This document shows, in pieces, positions 19,860-30,802 of a DNA stretch of 64,000 nucleotides. This stretch comes from Escherichia phage V18: sequence record NC_041937.1; one strand, written 5' to 3'. Every line of letters begins with the position of its first letter. Position 1 is the first letter of the stretch. The notes under the pieces were generated by a model. That model ran no database searches. It worked only from the letters and a program-made list of their open reading frames with translations, and was not told the origin of the DNA. The position numbers and the translations under genes were made by a program.

Positions 19860-19868
19860 GATTTCTCC

Positions 19869-20135
19869 TTAAGCTTTTTGCTCTTCGTTTTTAACGTGGT
19901 CAGGGTGCTGGCAACCCCACCGGAGCGAGATGAATTTGCTAATAAGCTGGGGGCAAGCTACTGAAGGTGCATATATCCACGCATACCATTCGGGAAGCGT
20001 ATCATTGTACCCCATATGAATAAACACCCCAGTCATCACCGCCATGCCTATGTTCGACCATAGCTTAGATTGGGACACTTTCGTAGGGTCATCAGATGCC
20101 GCAACCAGCCCCCATAAAAACTGAGTTAGTTTCAT
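19869..20135 (-). CDS. small membrane protein
   Basis: 88-aa ORF with hydrophobic segment LWSNIGMAVMTGVFIHM. Confidence 0.4.
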   Translation of the reverse strand: MKLTQFLWGLVAASDDPTKVSQSKLWSNIGMAVMTGVFIHMGYNDTLPEWYAWIYAPSVACPQLISKFISLRWGCQHPDHVKNEEQKA

Positions 20136-20146
20136 TTACCCTCTTT

Positions 20147-21190
20147 TTAAGCATAAGATATAGTGATCCATTGACCATTTACAAGTTTTTGGATAGCACC
20201 TGTCCAGTAATCACCTTGATAAGGGTGTTTATAAGCGTAGTTACCAGAGCACATCACATGTCCAGGGTAGACTCTTGACTCTCTGTAGGTGGTTTTGAAA
20301 CGGTTTGCTATCCTTACATCATCAACCCCTCTGCTGGGCATAGGGATAGTAAGGTTACCACTACCGTCTGCGCTGTTACCATTTACCCTGCGGACCACGT
20401 TTCTTCCACCAACTGTTGCATATTGGCCCCTGACGGTTTCATCGTTACAATCAACTCTTTCACCTATTTGAGCGCTTCCGCAGGATTGTTGTCCGTTAAC
20501 AGTAGCTCTTGGTATCGTGACCGCATTGGCATTTGCAGAGGAACTTTTTGCATCGTTGCATTCAAGATTTCCTTGGATAGCCAGTCTTGCACGGTTGGCA
20601 GTTATAGCATTGAGCTTCATAGCCGAAAACACAGGCTGCCCACCAGAAGGTTGAAATCTCCAACGGAACCCGTCTATTTGGTGAGAAGGATCATCAAGAT
20701 CTGTGCCGTCAGCACCACCGATGTTGTCCATAATCCAGAAATCCATTGTCGTCTTGTCTGGAGTTATGGTGGTATATATTGCCGCACTGTCTGTTGACGC
20801 AGATGCAAACTCGATTCTTTGAAGACCTAAAGTTTGAGTCTGAGTCATTATGTCTCCCGACTTGTCAATATATAGATCGTCCATTTCTTCAGGCGAGTAT
20901 ACATTGAGAACTTGACGTGCAGCAGCTTTGTCTGGAACGTCTGCTAGATTATTAGTGACCCTTAAGAATCTATTATCCCATCCTGGGACAACATCTTCTG
21001 TTAAATGCTTTAACCACGCAGAAAGCATGTGAAGTTCAAAGTTAACAACTTCACATGCCACTCTTTGTGTCATATCCCAACCTTTCAATCTCTCTTCTTT
21101 TTTTGGTTGAGACTTATTCAATTCTCCCGTATTTTCAAGCACAACATCCTGATTGGCCCAAATATCAAGAGGGATAACTGGTTTAGTCAT
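20147..21190 (-). CDS. short tail fibre/receptor-binding protein (paralog B)
   Basis: 347-aa ORF; N-terminus MTKPVIPLDIWANQD and C-terminus QKLVNGQWITISYA shared with 22205..23244. Confidence 0.55.
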   Translation of the reverse strand: MTKPVIPLDIWANQDVVLENTGELNKSQPKKEERLKGWDMTQRVACEVVNFELHMLSAWLKHLTEDVVPGWDNRFLRVTNNLADVPDKAAARQVLNVYSPEEMDDLYIDKSGDIMTQTQTLGLQRIEFASASTDSAAIYTTITPDKTTMDFWIMDNIGGADGTDLDDPSHQIDGFRWRFQPSGGQPVFSAMKLNAITANRARLAIQGNLECNDAKSSSANANAVTIPRATVNGQQSCGSAQIGERVDCNDETVRGQYATVGGRNVVRRVNGNSADGSGNLTIPMPSRGVDDVRIANRFKTTYRESRVYPGHVMCSGNYAYKHPYQGDYWTGAIQKLVNGQWITISYA

Positions 21191-21279
21191 CGCGTTCTCC
21201 TGAGAAAATTCCTTAGGACTATTTTAACACTTTAGAGAACAAAATGCAAGAACGGAGTCCTTTCCGTTCCGACCTTTGT

Positions 21280-21594
21280 TTACCTTTTACTATGCTCTAC
21301 GAGCATGTGCAAAATCTTTTGTACATCAGCTCGGATGCCGGAAACATCTGTCCTGACATCCTGCTTAAGGTCGTTAATATCGGCCTCTAGCTTGCTTAAC
21401 CGGGTCTCGATAACGGAATCAAGTCTATCTTTTGTAACCATACTGTTTTTCACTAAGATGAGGTCTTTCTCCAGTTCATCCAACCTCTTGGAAATGCCTT
21501 TCCATTTGGTGTGCCACTGGTTGAAAGCCCATACACAGATCGGGACAACGGTACCCATGCAGATACCGTACAATGCCGCCAAATCCAACTCCAC
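21280..21594 (-). CDS. small protein with N-terminal transmembrane segment and coiled coil
   Basis: 104-aa ORF; hydrophobic LAALYGICMGTVVPICVWAF followed by heptad-like region. Confidence 0.4.
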   Translation of the reverse strand: MELDLAALYGICMGTVVPICVWAFNQWHTKWKGISKRLDELEKDLILVKNSMVTKDRLDSVIETRLSKLEADINDLKQDVRTDVSGIRADVQKILHMLVEHSKR

Positions 21595-21605
21595 AACACC
21601 TCCTC

Positions 21606-22190
21606 TTAGAGGGTAGGTCGCTCCGGGAAGAAAATGTCAGGGGCTTTAGATGTATCTATTTCAAGAAGTTTTACCCTGTACATTTTCAAATCTCTGATGT
21701 TGCGTTTCTGGTCATCAGTAAGATCATATTCAAGGTCAATCATGTCTTGATAGGCACCAATTCTAGCAGTAGCCCAAGCAAGTTCTGTCTCTATGACACC
21801 CTCTGCCTGTTGAACAAAGAATTCATTGTCTGTGACAAATTCATCACCAACTAAACGCAAAGCGTCGTGGTGAAGCATAATGTTTTCTGGTACCTCTTCT
21901 TTTTTGGCGATAACCACACGAAGACCTGGAGCAGGCCATAAGGCATCAGGTTCTTCTGTAGATGTCTTAAGAATTCCCTTCTCGTCAACAAGTAGGAAGA
22001 TACACCCCGGATTTTCTTGTCGTAATGTTCGTGACTGCACATACCAATCGCCATCATCATTACGTAAAAAATACCCAGTGTATGCGGTGTAATCCTCAAC
22101 CTCTTGAGGGGTCAGCTCCTTGGTTTCCTTGTTGGCGTAGTATTCGCCAGATCCCGGTTGGTAAAGTTTAAACTCTTGAAGTATTTTCAT
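21606..22190 (-). CDS. tail fibre assembly protein (Tfa-like chaperone)
   Basis: 194-aa ORF; C-terminal YRVKLLEIDTSKAPDIFFPERP resembles the conserved Tfa C-terminus; sits between fibre genes. Confidence 0.6.
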   Translation of the reverse strand: MKILQEFKLYQPGSGEYYANKETKELTPQEVEDYTAYTGYFLRNDDGDWYVQSRTLRQENPGCIFLLVDEKGILKTSTEEPDALWPAPGLRVVIAKKEEVPENIMLHHDALRLVGDEFVTDNEFFVQQAEGVIETELAWATARIGAYQDMIDLEYDLTDDQKRNIRDLKMYRVKLLEIDTSKAPDIFFPERPTL

Positions 22191-22204
22191 GCTAGTCCTC
22201 CGAT

Positions 22205-23244
22205 CTATGCATAATTAACAGTGATCCATTGACCATTTACAAGTTTTTGTAAAGGTCCTGCCCAGTAAGTTGAACCACGCATCTCTTTTTTGTCACCGAA
22301 ATGCCAGCCTGTGACAACGTAGCCGTTGCGGATTGGAGATTCAGAAACGCCGTCCACAAGTCTTGCACCGATTCTGATGTCTTGCACACCCGTCTGCGGG
22401 ATAGTGATCGTTACATCACCGTTACCGTTAGCCGTCACTCCGTTCACAGAGCGAACCACATTTCTGTTACCTACAACACAGTGCTGGCTTCTTACAACCA
22501 TACTGTCACAACTTGCACCACCATTAACATATACTGACCCAGCCGTCAACTGACTAGCCACATTACAGTTGGTGAATGTTGCGGTATTGCTGATAGTAAG
22601 GTTATTGCACCTCATGTTATCGACAGCTTCAACATTGCCTACCACTTTCAACAGCGCACGGTTAGCAGTGATCGCGTTAAGGTACATCAAAGTGAACTCT
22701 GGATTAATATCCGGCTGAGTTGGCTGGAATCTCCAACGAAACGCATCTATTGTAGATGTACCACCATCATCAAACGACCCAATATTATCACTTAACCCAA
22801 AGTCGAGAGTTGTCTTATCTGGGCCAATAGTTGTCTCTATCCAAGCCTTATCTGTCTCGGCAGCTTTAAAGTTGATACGTTGCAAACCCAATGGGCCTGT
22901 CATTGTATCACCTGTAACTTTTACATACCTGGCGTCTGCCTCTTCCTTGGTAATAATCCCAAGGTTTCTACGGGCAACAGGAATGTTCAAAAGATCACTC
23001 AAGTTATTATCACGTACCAGATAACGGCCTTCTTGAGCGGGGATCTGCTCGTCAGCAATGTATTTTGCCCAAGTTCCGAGCATATTGAAAATATAGTTAA
23101 GTTCTTCACATGAGGGCTTTTGACCAAGATCCCAACCTTTTCTCCACAAATCATCAATCGGGCGTAGCTGTTCTGTCTGTGGGTGTTAGGCAGAACCTGA
23201 TCCTCCTCTGCCCAAATCTCTAATGGAAAACTAGGTTTTGACAT
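22205..23244 (-). CDS. short tail fibre/receptor-binding protein (paralog A), apparent frameshift near 23180..23190
   Basis: ORFs 22205..23149 and 22999..23244 in different frames; together they align with paralog B from N-terminal PLxIWA motif to C-terminal KLVNGQWIT; shift maps to a CCC run. Confidence 0.5.
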
Positions 23245-23256
23245 TTTATCTCCTGA

Positions 23257-25329
23257 TTATGAGAAGTCTGGCGGGACAACATCTTCTACATACCCTTTCA
23301 GAGCAACCTGCCCCATATGAAGCACGGTAGAATCTCTAGCGGTAACAGTGATGCTGTCAGACATTACTTGCGGGTATGCCCACACATACTGTTTTACCTC
23401 AGGGTATCTATACTCTATAGTTGCCATGTTTCCGCAAATACATCTCCATAAAAATTCTTGGTAATTCCTAGTTGGGTCGTAGCCATATACCGGAGCAAGC
23501 TCTTTACTAGGAACGAACCCTGCAAGGTATTGTATTTCAGACGGTTGCCAACCTAACTTAACGATAGGTATGTTTACAGACTCTTTTGCCTTTTCAATAC
23601 CTCCCTGCATCACCCAATCGTAGCACTCGGTGCAGAAGAAATCAAGAGCACCTGCTTCCTTTTTATATTGGTCAGCAAGGTTCAGCTTTTGTGTAAGCTC
23701 AGTTTCCATAATGGTTGGGAAAAACAACAAAGCTGTCATCTGAGCTGATGCAGCGTGTGCCTTTATTGCCTTTGAAATAGCCGCAATACGAGCGCCAAGC
23801 TTACCACGACAAAATGCTACATACTTGTCGTAAACACCGCCAGTTTTAGGATCGTCAATAGTCCCAATATCTAATGCATACTCACCTGTCTCATCATAAA
23901 ACGCCTGCTTTGTAGGATAATCATAAATACAAGGTCTACGAGTATCGGTATTGTACCACCACCACGGTTCACCAACCTGCATAATCACTGGCAGGTTGTT
24001 TCTCATAGCGGCTGATGCAAAATTCTTAAATACTGCAGTAAGGAAATTCATACCCTCTTCAATGGTTGGAGACAGGAGGTAGCTACAAGGTGTATACCCT
24101 GTTTTAGCGTAGTTATCGTTCCAGTCTCTTTGGGTCCATTCCAACGGGCAGGCATCGCTGAAAAGCTCAAAACTTACAGATTGCATAACGTCGAAGTTAT
24201 GTCGTTTGGCATTGTACATAAAATCATCATGCCATTTATAAGCTGCAGCGTTTAGCGCTCCTGTTCTGTTTATAGACCATTGAGTTCCTGACCATGTGTA
24301 GTCATAATAATGACTCATACCAACATAATGGTTTATGGTTCCGGTATAGCCCAGACGCTTGATATTGTTCAACACCCTTAAAGGAGATACGTTCCACATG
24401 TCGTCATATGCGGTGCAGATCCCAACGTCGTGCTCTCTCACCTGAATATTGTTAAGTTGCATCATTTTCCAGCCTGTGTCTGGCTGAAGCAGATCTAGGC
24501 GCAACTCACACTCTACATTTTCCGTTCTCGGGTCTGTGCTATTACTTACCCAGTCTTTAGGCATGAGCGGTATTAAAATCCTTCTCACCTGCCGAGGATC
24601 AACACCCATCATGCTGTTATTCTGGTCCATCCCGACGCAGTCCTCAAAATCAATATGAATTTCTGCAACATTCTTATCCTCTGAGATGCTGACAGCATAT
24701 TGAGCTAAAGGAACATAGATGATTGTGCCATCAACAAGGTCTACAGTCATAATCATCTTTTCAGGAGTGGAGAAGTTGCTGGCGTTGGTTATTGACATTC
24801 TGAACCAAAGCTTGGTGTTTCTCATCTCATAGTGATCATCGAACCCAATACCGAAATGGTCATACTTGTCAACTGTTTCCCAAATGCACCCAGCCATACC
24901 TCCATATGTTCTTGACACTAAACGGTTAATACAACAGTTGTTATCTGCAACAATACAGGTACTTTCAGTCTGCTGAGTAGTTGTAACCCAATACCTTGGG
25001 TGGAACATTCTCTCCTCGACAGTATCCCAAGATATCCTGTCAAGATTCTCATCTGAAACTATTGTACATTTCGCCCTTTGTGTCCCAATCATCACCCCTT
25101 GGGATTTTGATGAAAACTCCATAAAGAAGCTTCTTGGCAACCTATTGGGTAATTTGTCAACAATTTCCACCGGGATCTCAATACTGGTTGCCCCAATTGG
25201 GATAGTTACATCGCCCTCAACATGATTATAATCCCTACCAGGAACAGCAGTATCCTGAACTGTTCGGTAATGAAACTGTGCGGCCATTGTAGAGTAATCA
25301 CGGTAAGGTTTAAAAACAGCTGTTGCCAT
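23257..25329 (-). CDS. large tail-associated protein with Calx-beta-like N-terminal domain
   Basis: 690-aa ORF; DYNHVEGDVTIPIGATSIEIPVEIVD resembles Calx-beta motif. Confidence 0.5.
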   Translation of the reverse strand: MATAVFKPYRDYSTMAAQFHYRTVQDTAVPGRDYNHVEGDVTIPIGATSIEIPVEIVDKLPNRLPRSFFMEFSSKSQGVMIGTQRAKCTIVSDENLDRISWDTVEERMFHPRYWVTTTQQTESTCIVADNNCCINRLVSRTYGGMAGCIWETVDKYDHFGIGFDDHYEMRNTKLWFRMSITNASNFSTPEKMIMTVDLVDGTIIYVPLAQYAVSISEDKNVAEIHIDFEDCVGMDQNNSMMGVDPRQVRRILIPLMPKDWVSNSTDPRTENVECELRLDLLQPDTGWKMMQLNNIQVREHDVGICTAYDDMWNVSPLRVLNNIKRLGYTGTINHYVGMSHYYDYTWSGTQWSINRTGALNAAAYKWHDDFMYNAKRHNFDVMQSVSFELFSDACPLEWTQRDWNDNYAKTGYTPCSYLLSPTIEEGMNFLTAVFKNFASAAMRNNLPVIMQVGEPWWWYNTDTRRPCIYDYPTKQAFYDETGEYALDIGTIDDPKTGGVYDKYVAFCRGKLGARIAAISKAIKAHAASAQMTALLFFPTIMETELTQKLNLADQYKKEAGALDFFCTECYDWVMQGGIEKAKESVNIPIVKLGWQPSEIQYLAGFVPSKELAPVYGYDPTRNYQEFLWRCICGNMATIEYRYPEVKQYVWAYPQVMSDSITVTARDSTVLHMGQVALKGYVEDVVPPDFS

Positions 25330-25892
25330 TAACCCTCCTGTCTAGTTGCGTTTACTGTAATACTTTCACAATAAATGGTTGTGGTGTCCCAATCAGGTCT
25401 TACGTCAGGAACATACAGCAAAGTAGCCAGCCCACCAACTCCGAATTGGTTTTCTTCCCACACTGATCCGAAGCCAAGAGCTGTAGAGTCCCCTTCAAAA
25501 CCAAAAGCTTGCCCTTGCGATTCTGTAAGACGCAAATGACAAGGCAATGGTAGCATATCTAAGATCTGATCGATAGACTGCAATATGTCAAAGCAAGTTT
25601 TTCTAATATTTATGTCAAACCGGAAGTTGTCTCCTTTCCACGTATCGAAATTGTCTCTTCCGAACAATTGTCGCAAGGTGGAGATGACATCTTCACGAGT
25701 CCCGCCCCTTGATGCTGCGGCCTGCTGAATAATTAGTGTGGCACGAAAATCAGCATCTGAAAGTCCATTCCTAAGAATACCAAGTTGATTACCAACTTCG
25801 TCAAGGTATCTTCCGCTGGCATTGTTAAGCAATCTTCCTTCAGCCAAACCTACCAGCATCTTATCAACATCCTCCAACCTTTTAAGGTACAC
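25329..25892 (-). CDS. hypothetical baseplate/tail protein
   Basis: 187-aa ORF coupled to neighbours. Confidence 0.4.
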   Translation of the reverse strand: MYLKRLEDVDKMLVGLAEGRLLNNASGRYLDEVGNQLGILRNGLSDADFRATLIIQQAAASRGGTREDVISTLRQLFGRDNFDTWKGDNFRFDINIRKTCFDILQSIDQILDMLPLPCHLRLTESQGQAFGFEGDSTALGFGSVWEENQFGVGGLATLLYVPDVRPDWDTTTIYCESITVNATRQEG

Positions 25893-26025
25893 GGTTAAGA
25901 ATGTGACTAAATTAACCTTCTCAGCCAGAAAATCTCCAGGCAGGTAGTCAAGACCTCCCTGAACAAAATCTGGCAGAGTGTGGATGTGGTTAACATCGAC
26001 TTAATCTCTGCCATATCTCGCCGCC

Positions 26026-27516
26026 TTAAATAGTTTGTTGGAAAGTTATATTACTTTCGTCAAGGTCAAACACCTCGGTCATGTTCGCAACAATATCGTT
26101 TGTAGTGTAAGCTTCATCAGAAGCTCCTACTGGTTTAACTTGAATTACCAGTCTATTAAATCTGCCTATTGACACAGCAGCAGATGCAGCACCGACCAAT
26201 TGGATATTATACAACGTATCTGCAACATCCAGTCCGTTAACAACCTGTAAAAGAGCCTCTATAATAGCATCTTTTTCGGTTGTGGAAAGCGCAGCACCGG
26301 AGTAGGTAATTCTTACATCTAGGCGGTAGGTATTTGCCTTGGAGTAATAAATTCTTTCAGTTTGACCGTCAGATGTAGTGACATCGTAGAAAATATTACC
26401 ATAAGTCCTGTTCGTACAGGCTATAGTTTGGTAAAGTGCTTGGCAAATGTCCTCCGTTGCACCACCAAACACAACCACTTGGAACTTGTAAGGAGGTATA
26501 CCTTTAGCATCAGTTTTATCAGTGTTGTTGGAGAACACTCTCACTTTCTCAACACCTTTCACCTCGCTTACAGCGCTAAGGATTGCAGGACGGGTAGCCT
26601 TAGATGTTAACTGTTTTGTGCTGGAAGCTCTTAAGCGATACTCTGAGTCTTTCTCAACATCTCTGCCCTCATTGAATCTTTCTCGGTTGGTAAGCTTGAT
26701 AAATCCACTGGGTGTAGGAGACATTGTTGTTACGGTTTCTGCCTCTCTTGACAGCTCACCAGCCTCGTTAGCGATAACATCCAGGGTGATAGTTCTTTCC
26801 CCTACAATCGGGGATACTCTGAAATCTACTCTACTATTAAGTCCAACTTGATCAAGATTCGAATTGTACCCTATCCACAACGTTCCTGTCAACATATCGA
26901 TCTGAATCAAATCGTCGTTCAACAGGGTTGTATTATCGACAATAAACTGCTTAATCTCTCCGTAAAAGCTTGGCAGATCAGAAGAGTCCAGAGACTTATC
27001 TGTTAAAACCAGACTTTTTGTTTTGATACTTCCATCTGTCTGGTTGGTAATTTGAAAGTTGTATTTACCAATCCTTAGGTCTGGAGCATTTATTCTGTGA
27101 GCAATAAGATTCCCTGCTACTTGCACATCGTTGCTAAGCACAAAGTTGCCACTGTCCAGCGTATAAGTTTTGGAATCATAAATCATATTGTACGGCACAG
27201 TTGTGTTGATTGTCAACTGACAGGTGCCTGATGATTTAGAACGGCCTCTTCGGTAAATACCCTGTCTTCCAAGAAGCTCATCCAGGTAAATACCTTCTGC
27301 CCCATACAGCGTCTGTGATGCGTATACAGATGCTGCCATAAGAATAAGTTGATACTCTCGCTCGTTGAAGATAGTGGTCAGCTTATCTGCAACGGAGTTA
27401 CTCTGTACGTTGAAGTTTTCGCCAAAAGCACGGATCAGGCTTTGCTTAGTTTCAACGATTAGGTCATTTAGGGTTGGTATAACGAAACCAGCCTCTGTCA
27501 ATCCATACTTAGCCAC
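26026..27516 (-). CDS. baseplate J-like (gp6-like) protein, tentative
   Basis: 496-aa ORF; N-terminal pattern resembling Baseplate_J family; assignment from memory only. Confidence 0.45.
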   Translation of the reverse strand: MAKYGLTEAGFVIPTLNDLIVETKQSLIRAFGENFNVQSNSVADKLTTIFNEREYQLILMAASVYASQTLYGAEGIYLDELLGRQGIYRRGRSKSSGTCQLTINTTVPYNMIYDSKTYTLDSGNFVLSNDVQVAGNLIAHRINAPDLRIGKYNFQITNQTDGSIKTKSLVLTDKSLDSSDLPSFYGEIKQFIVDNTTLLNDDLIQIDMLTGTLWIGYNSNLDQVGLNSRVDFRVSPIVGERTITLDVIANEAGELSREAETVTTMSPTPSGFIKLTNRERFNEGRDVEKDSEYRLRASSTKQLTSKATRPAILSAVSEVKGVEKVRVFSNNTDKTDAKGIPPYKFQVVVFGGATEDICQALYQTIACTNRTYGNIFYDVTTSDGQTERIYYSKANTYRLDVRITYSGAALSTTEKDAIIEALLQVVNGLDVADTLYNIQLVGAASAAVSIGRFNRLVIQVKPVGASDEAYTTNDIVANMTEVFDLDESNITFQQTI

Positions 27517-27586
27517 GTCACTCCTCCGGTATGAAAATCTCTACAAGGTATTTTACCAAATTTTGTAACAATAGTCAATCTGAGCA

Positions 27587-27612
27587 TAAAAATAAACCCC
27601 GCCGAAGCGGGG
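27587..27612 (-). terminator. rho-independent terminator (CCCCGCCGAAGCGGGG motif)
   Basis: Hairpin plus U-run on minus strand downstream of 27622. Confidence 0.5.
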
Positions 27613-27621
27613 CTTTAAAGG

Positions 27622-30365
27622 TTAGTCGTGAGACTCGTTCCAAGGTCCCTGGAAGCTAGAGTTTGAACGACTTACTATCACAGTAGGACAGGATATTGTA
27701 ACACCTGTTACAGCTGAGGTGGACCAGCGTGTGTAAATTTCAACAATAATGTCTATGGTTTGTTCACCCAGCCCTGTTATCCCGACTGCACACATACCAT
27801 CGTTATCGTTACCATACTTCTTGCCGTTAAGCTTAAAGAAGAATGTTACGTTCTTGCCTTGGCCTTGAACGTTATCCACGTATCTCCATCTCCAACGGCA
27901 AACCTGCTGCCGAGAGTTGTATACTGGAGGACAGTCACCGTAGGTCTTGTGTGCAACTATTGCACCTTCGAACTGGTTAGCACGGATAACGGAAGCTTCT
28001 ACACGTCCACGGAATGTACCTCCTGTTGCATCTATGGTTCCTCTAAAGCTACCATTGTTGGCATAAACATCTCCACGGAAGGTACCACTGGTGGCGTTAA
28101 CTGCCCCTGTGAAGTTACCTGCACTAGCGTTGATGTTACCTTTCACCCACACATCCATAAACTGGGCGTGCCCGTTCTTGTTAATATACCAACCGTATTT
28201 ATGGTACCCGTTGCCATCGTAGTTGTTTGACGAAATCTCTTGTGCGATCTTGGCAGAGGAGATCGTGCCATTCTCTATAAAAGCGTCTTTCAAGAACGCT
28301 TGGTTGTTCTTGATTGCGAAAGCAAGGGTTGCTGTTCCATTGCCGGGGTTGTATACCGCAAAATTGTTTGCACTAACCATGAAGTAGGATTGAACTTGGC
28401 CCCCAGACCCTTCCATCCCCAACTGGATACCTGCAACATATTTAAGCAGCGTGCAGCGCATTCTACAAACTGAGAACTACCAAAAGCGTTTGTGGTTCGA
28501 ATATACCAATAATAAACCTTATCGTTCTGCAGACCTTCAGATGTCCAAGTTGAACCAACACCCATACGGGTGGCGTTTGAAGTAACGGTTGCATCGCTGG
28601 TGTCGGGCAACCTTGTCATACCAGATGTCCAAAAGTCATACTGGGTGCTTACACTTGCTAAATCCCTGCTGTGTGGAATCAAGGTGATAGCAAAGTATCC
28701 CTGCTTAACCTCTACAGAAACAGGAGCTTCAGGTGCCTGAATGTTAAACTCGCAGTACGCTTCTGGAGATACACCACCTTTATAAGATGTTGCAACCACG
28801 GTTGCTGTGTATGATCCTTTGGTCAAGCCTTCTACTCGGACAAACTGCTCAACTGTCTGTGCTGTCCAAACAATCTCTCCGTTCTTTCTTACCTGCACAA
28901 TATTTTGAGCGTAAGTTCCAACGTTGTCCCAAGCCAAAACACCGTGAGTTACTTCCCCGGCTTGGAGAACGGAATATCTGAAGTTTTGCGGTTGAGCTAC
29001 ACCAGATGGAGATATCGGAATATCTACATTGCCAGAATCCGGAAGTTGCCCTGTGGCATCATTCCACTCTTTAGCATCTTGACGAAGTTTTACCTTGACA
29101 CCACCCTTTTTGGTAAACTCCCATTCAAGAACCCTCATTTCTTGGCCCACTATACCAATACTTGGAAGGTTCATTGTAACGTAACGACCAGGTTTAAATT
29201 TAAAACCCCGCATATTGCAGGTGACTTCAATAATCCTGCCAGCTCTAGCGCGTCTTAAGAAGATTGCAGAAACACGCTGAGCTTGATAAGGGCTGGTAAC
29301 AAAGCGATAGTCTATATCGATTATCTTTCTTTCTCCATCCTTCTCTATCCACTCTGGGACAAACACTGATGGAAAATCTGTTTCAGAATACCCTTTAGTC
29401 GGACTGGTGAATCTGCCAGTTATTGTGTTGGATCTTTTGTCAAACGAGGCTTCCGGATAGATCTTGACCTCACCACAGACACAGTCCTCACTCAGTGTCA
29501 TTGTTGCTGGACCATAATATGCACCTACCAGCAGTCCATACTTACCAGCTACATAACTGAGATCTGCACCACAAGCTTTCAGCATTTCTGCCATAATACT
29601 TGCTGGAGCCTCATCCATGTCGAACTCACCATTGATGGTGTAACGGCGCTCACTAGTTCCGTCCGCGTTTCTTACCGCCTCATCGCATATGTTGGCAGCC
29701 TCCTTGAAGGACTCCCAGTTGATGGTTTCGTCAGGACATTTAAGGTACGTTCTTAAATAATCTAGAATCACCAAGGCCGCGTTATTGGTATACACCTCTT
29801 TACTGATACGAGGATCATAGCATTTTTTACCAACCTTGACGAGTGTAACGTTTGGCAACCCAAAAGGGAACTTGTTAGGGTCAAACCTGAAGCTGGCACG
29901 TAGCCAACTGATCCCTCTACCTATCATGTCTGGTGACCACGATGGGCAGTGTGTACCCATGAAAGGATCAGATGTTTTTCTGTCGTTATGTAGCTCCCAC
30001 GATACCAAATCTCCATACGAGGAAATAGGATTACCGTCGATAAGTATGTCCTCTATACCTTCCAGAGGGTGATTGGCAAGAACAATAGCACAATGGAGGG
30101 TTCTGTCGCTATCCTGCTCCAAAAACGCAAGCAATCCAGATGTGCGTGTCTTTCCATACACTACAGAGCAAGGTGCAGCAGAAGATCTGAGAAGCTTTTG
30201 TCTATCTTGCTGACTTCTGTAAGATTTGTTGCCCTCAAAAATCTTATCCAAAGTTCTGGTGGTCACAGTGTTCAGGCTGTCAGCCAGAGCTGCCTTGGAT
30301 GCGTTCCAGTCATAACTTGAAGATCTTGCAGAAGCAACGATGTTATCAATCATTGCAATTGGCAT
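27622..30365 (-). CDS. lambda J-like tail tip/host specificity protein, interrupted by a frameshift near 28440..28465
   Basis: 28290..30365 carries APEAPVSVEVKQGYFAITLIPH and YYWYIRTTNAFGSSQFVE, closely matching my recollection of lambda J; 27622..28461 in another frame continues with KYVAGIQLGME... and fibre repeats. Confidence 0.6.
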
Positions 30366-30802
30366 TAATACCTCCAGACATCAACAACGATAGAATCTTT
30401 CATGTCGAACATAAAGACCCCTTTATCACCTTTCGCCCAAATCTGGTTGTTCCAGAACACACCAGCGGTGAGCCCGTTCAGACCTTCGAAAATAACAATA
30501 TCGCCACGCTGAACCTGTTTAGGAGTACCCAGTCGAGTCATAAAGAGATCAAAAATAGTAGGCAGGTGTGTAGTTTTGAAACGAAGCATGCACCATCTTT
30601 TGCTTTCCAACTCTGTTTTATACGTTCCTTCGAAGTTGGAAAGAAAATCTGTTCCGTATTGGGCATCAACACACTTAGCTGCAAAGGTGCAACAATCGTG
30701 GAATCCCCATTCAAAAGGTATGGTGGCCTCTTCGTCAAACACTTTCCACAATCTTTCTTGCCAATCCACTAAACGAGGGTGTGTGCTCATTAAACCTCCC
30801 AA
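30365..30802 (-). CDS. NlpC/P60-like tail-associated peptidase, tentative
   Basis: 145-aa ORF; FHDCCTF motif around candidate catalytic Cys; immediately upstream of J-like gene. Confidence 0.45.
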   Translation of the reverse strand: MGGLMSTHPRLVDWQERLWKVFDEEATIPFEWGFHDCCTFAAKCVDAQYGTDFLSNFEGTYKTELESKRWCMLRFKTTHLPTIFDLFMTRLGTPKQVQRGDIVIFEGLNGLTAGVFWNNQIWAKGDKGVFMFDMKDSIVVDVWRY

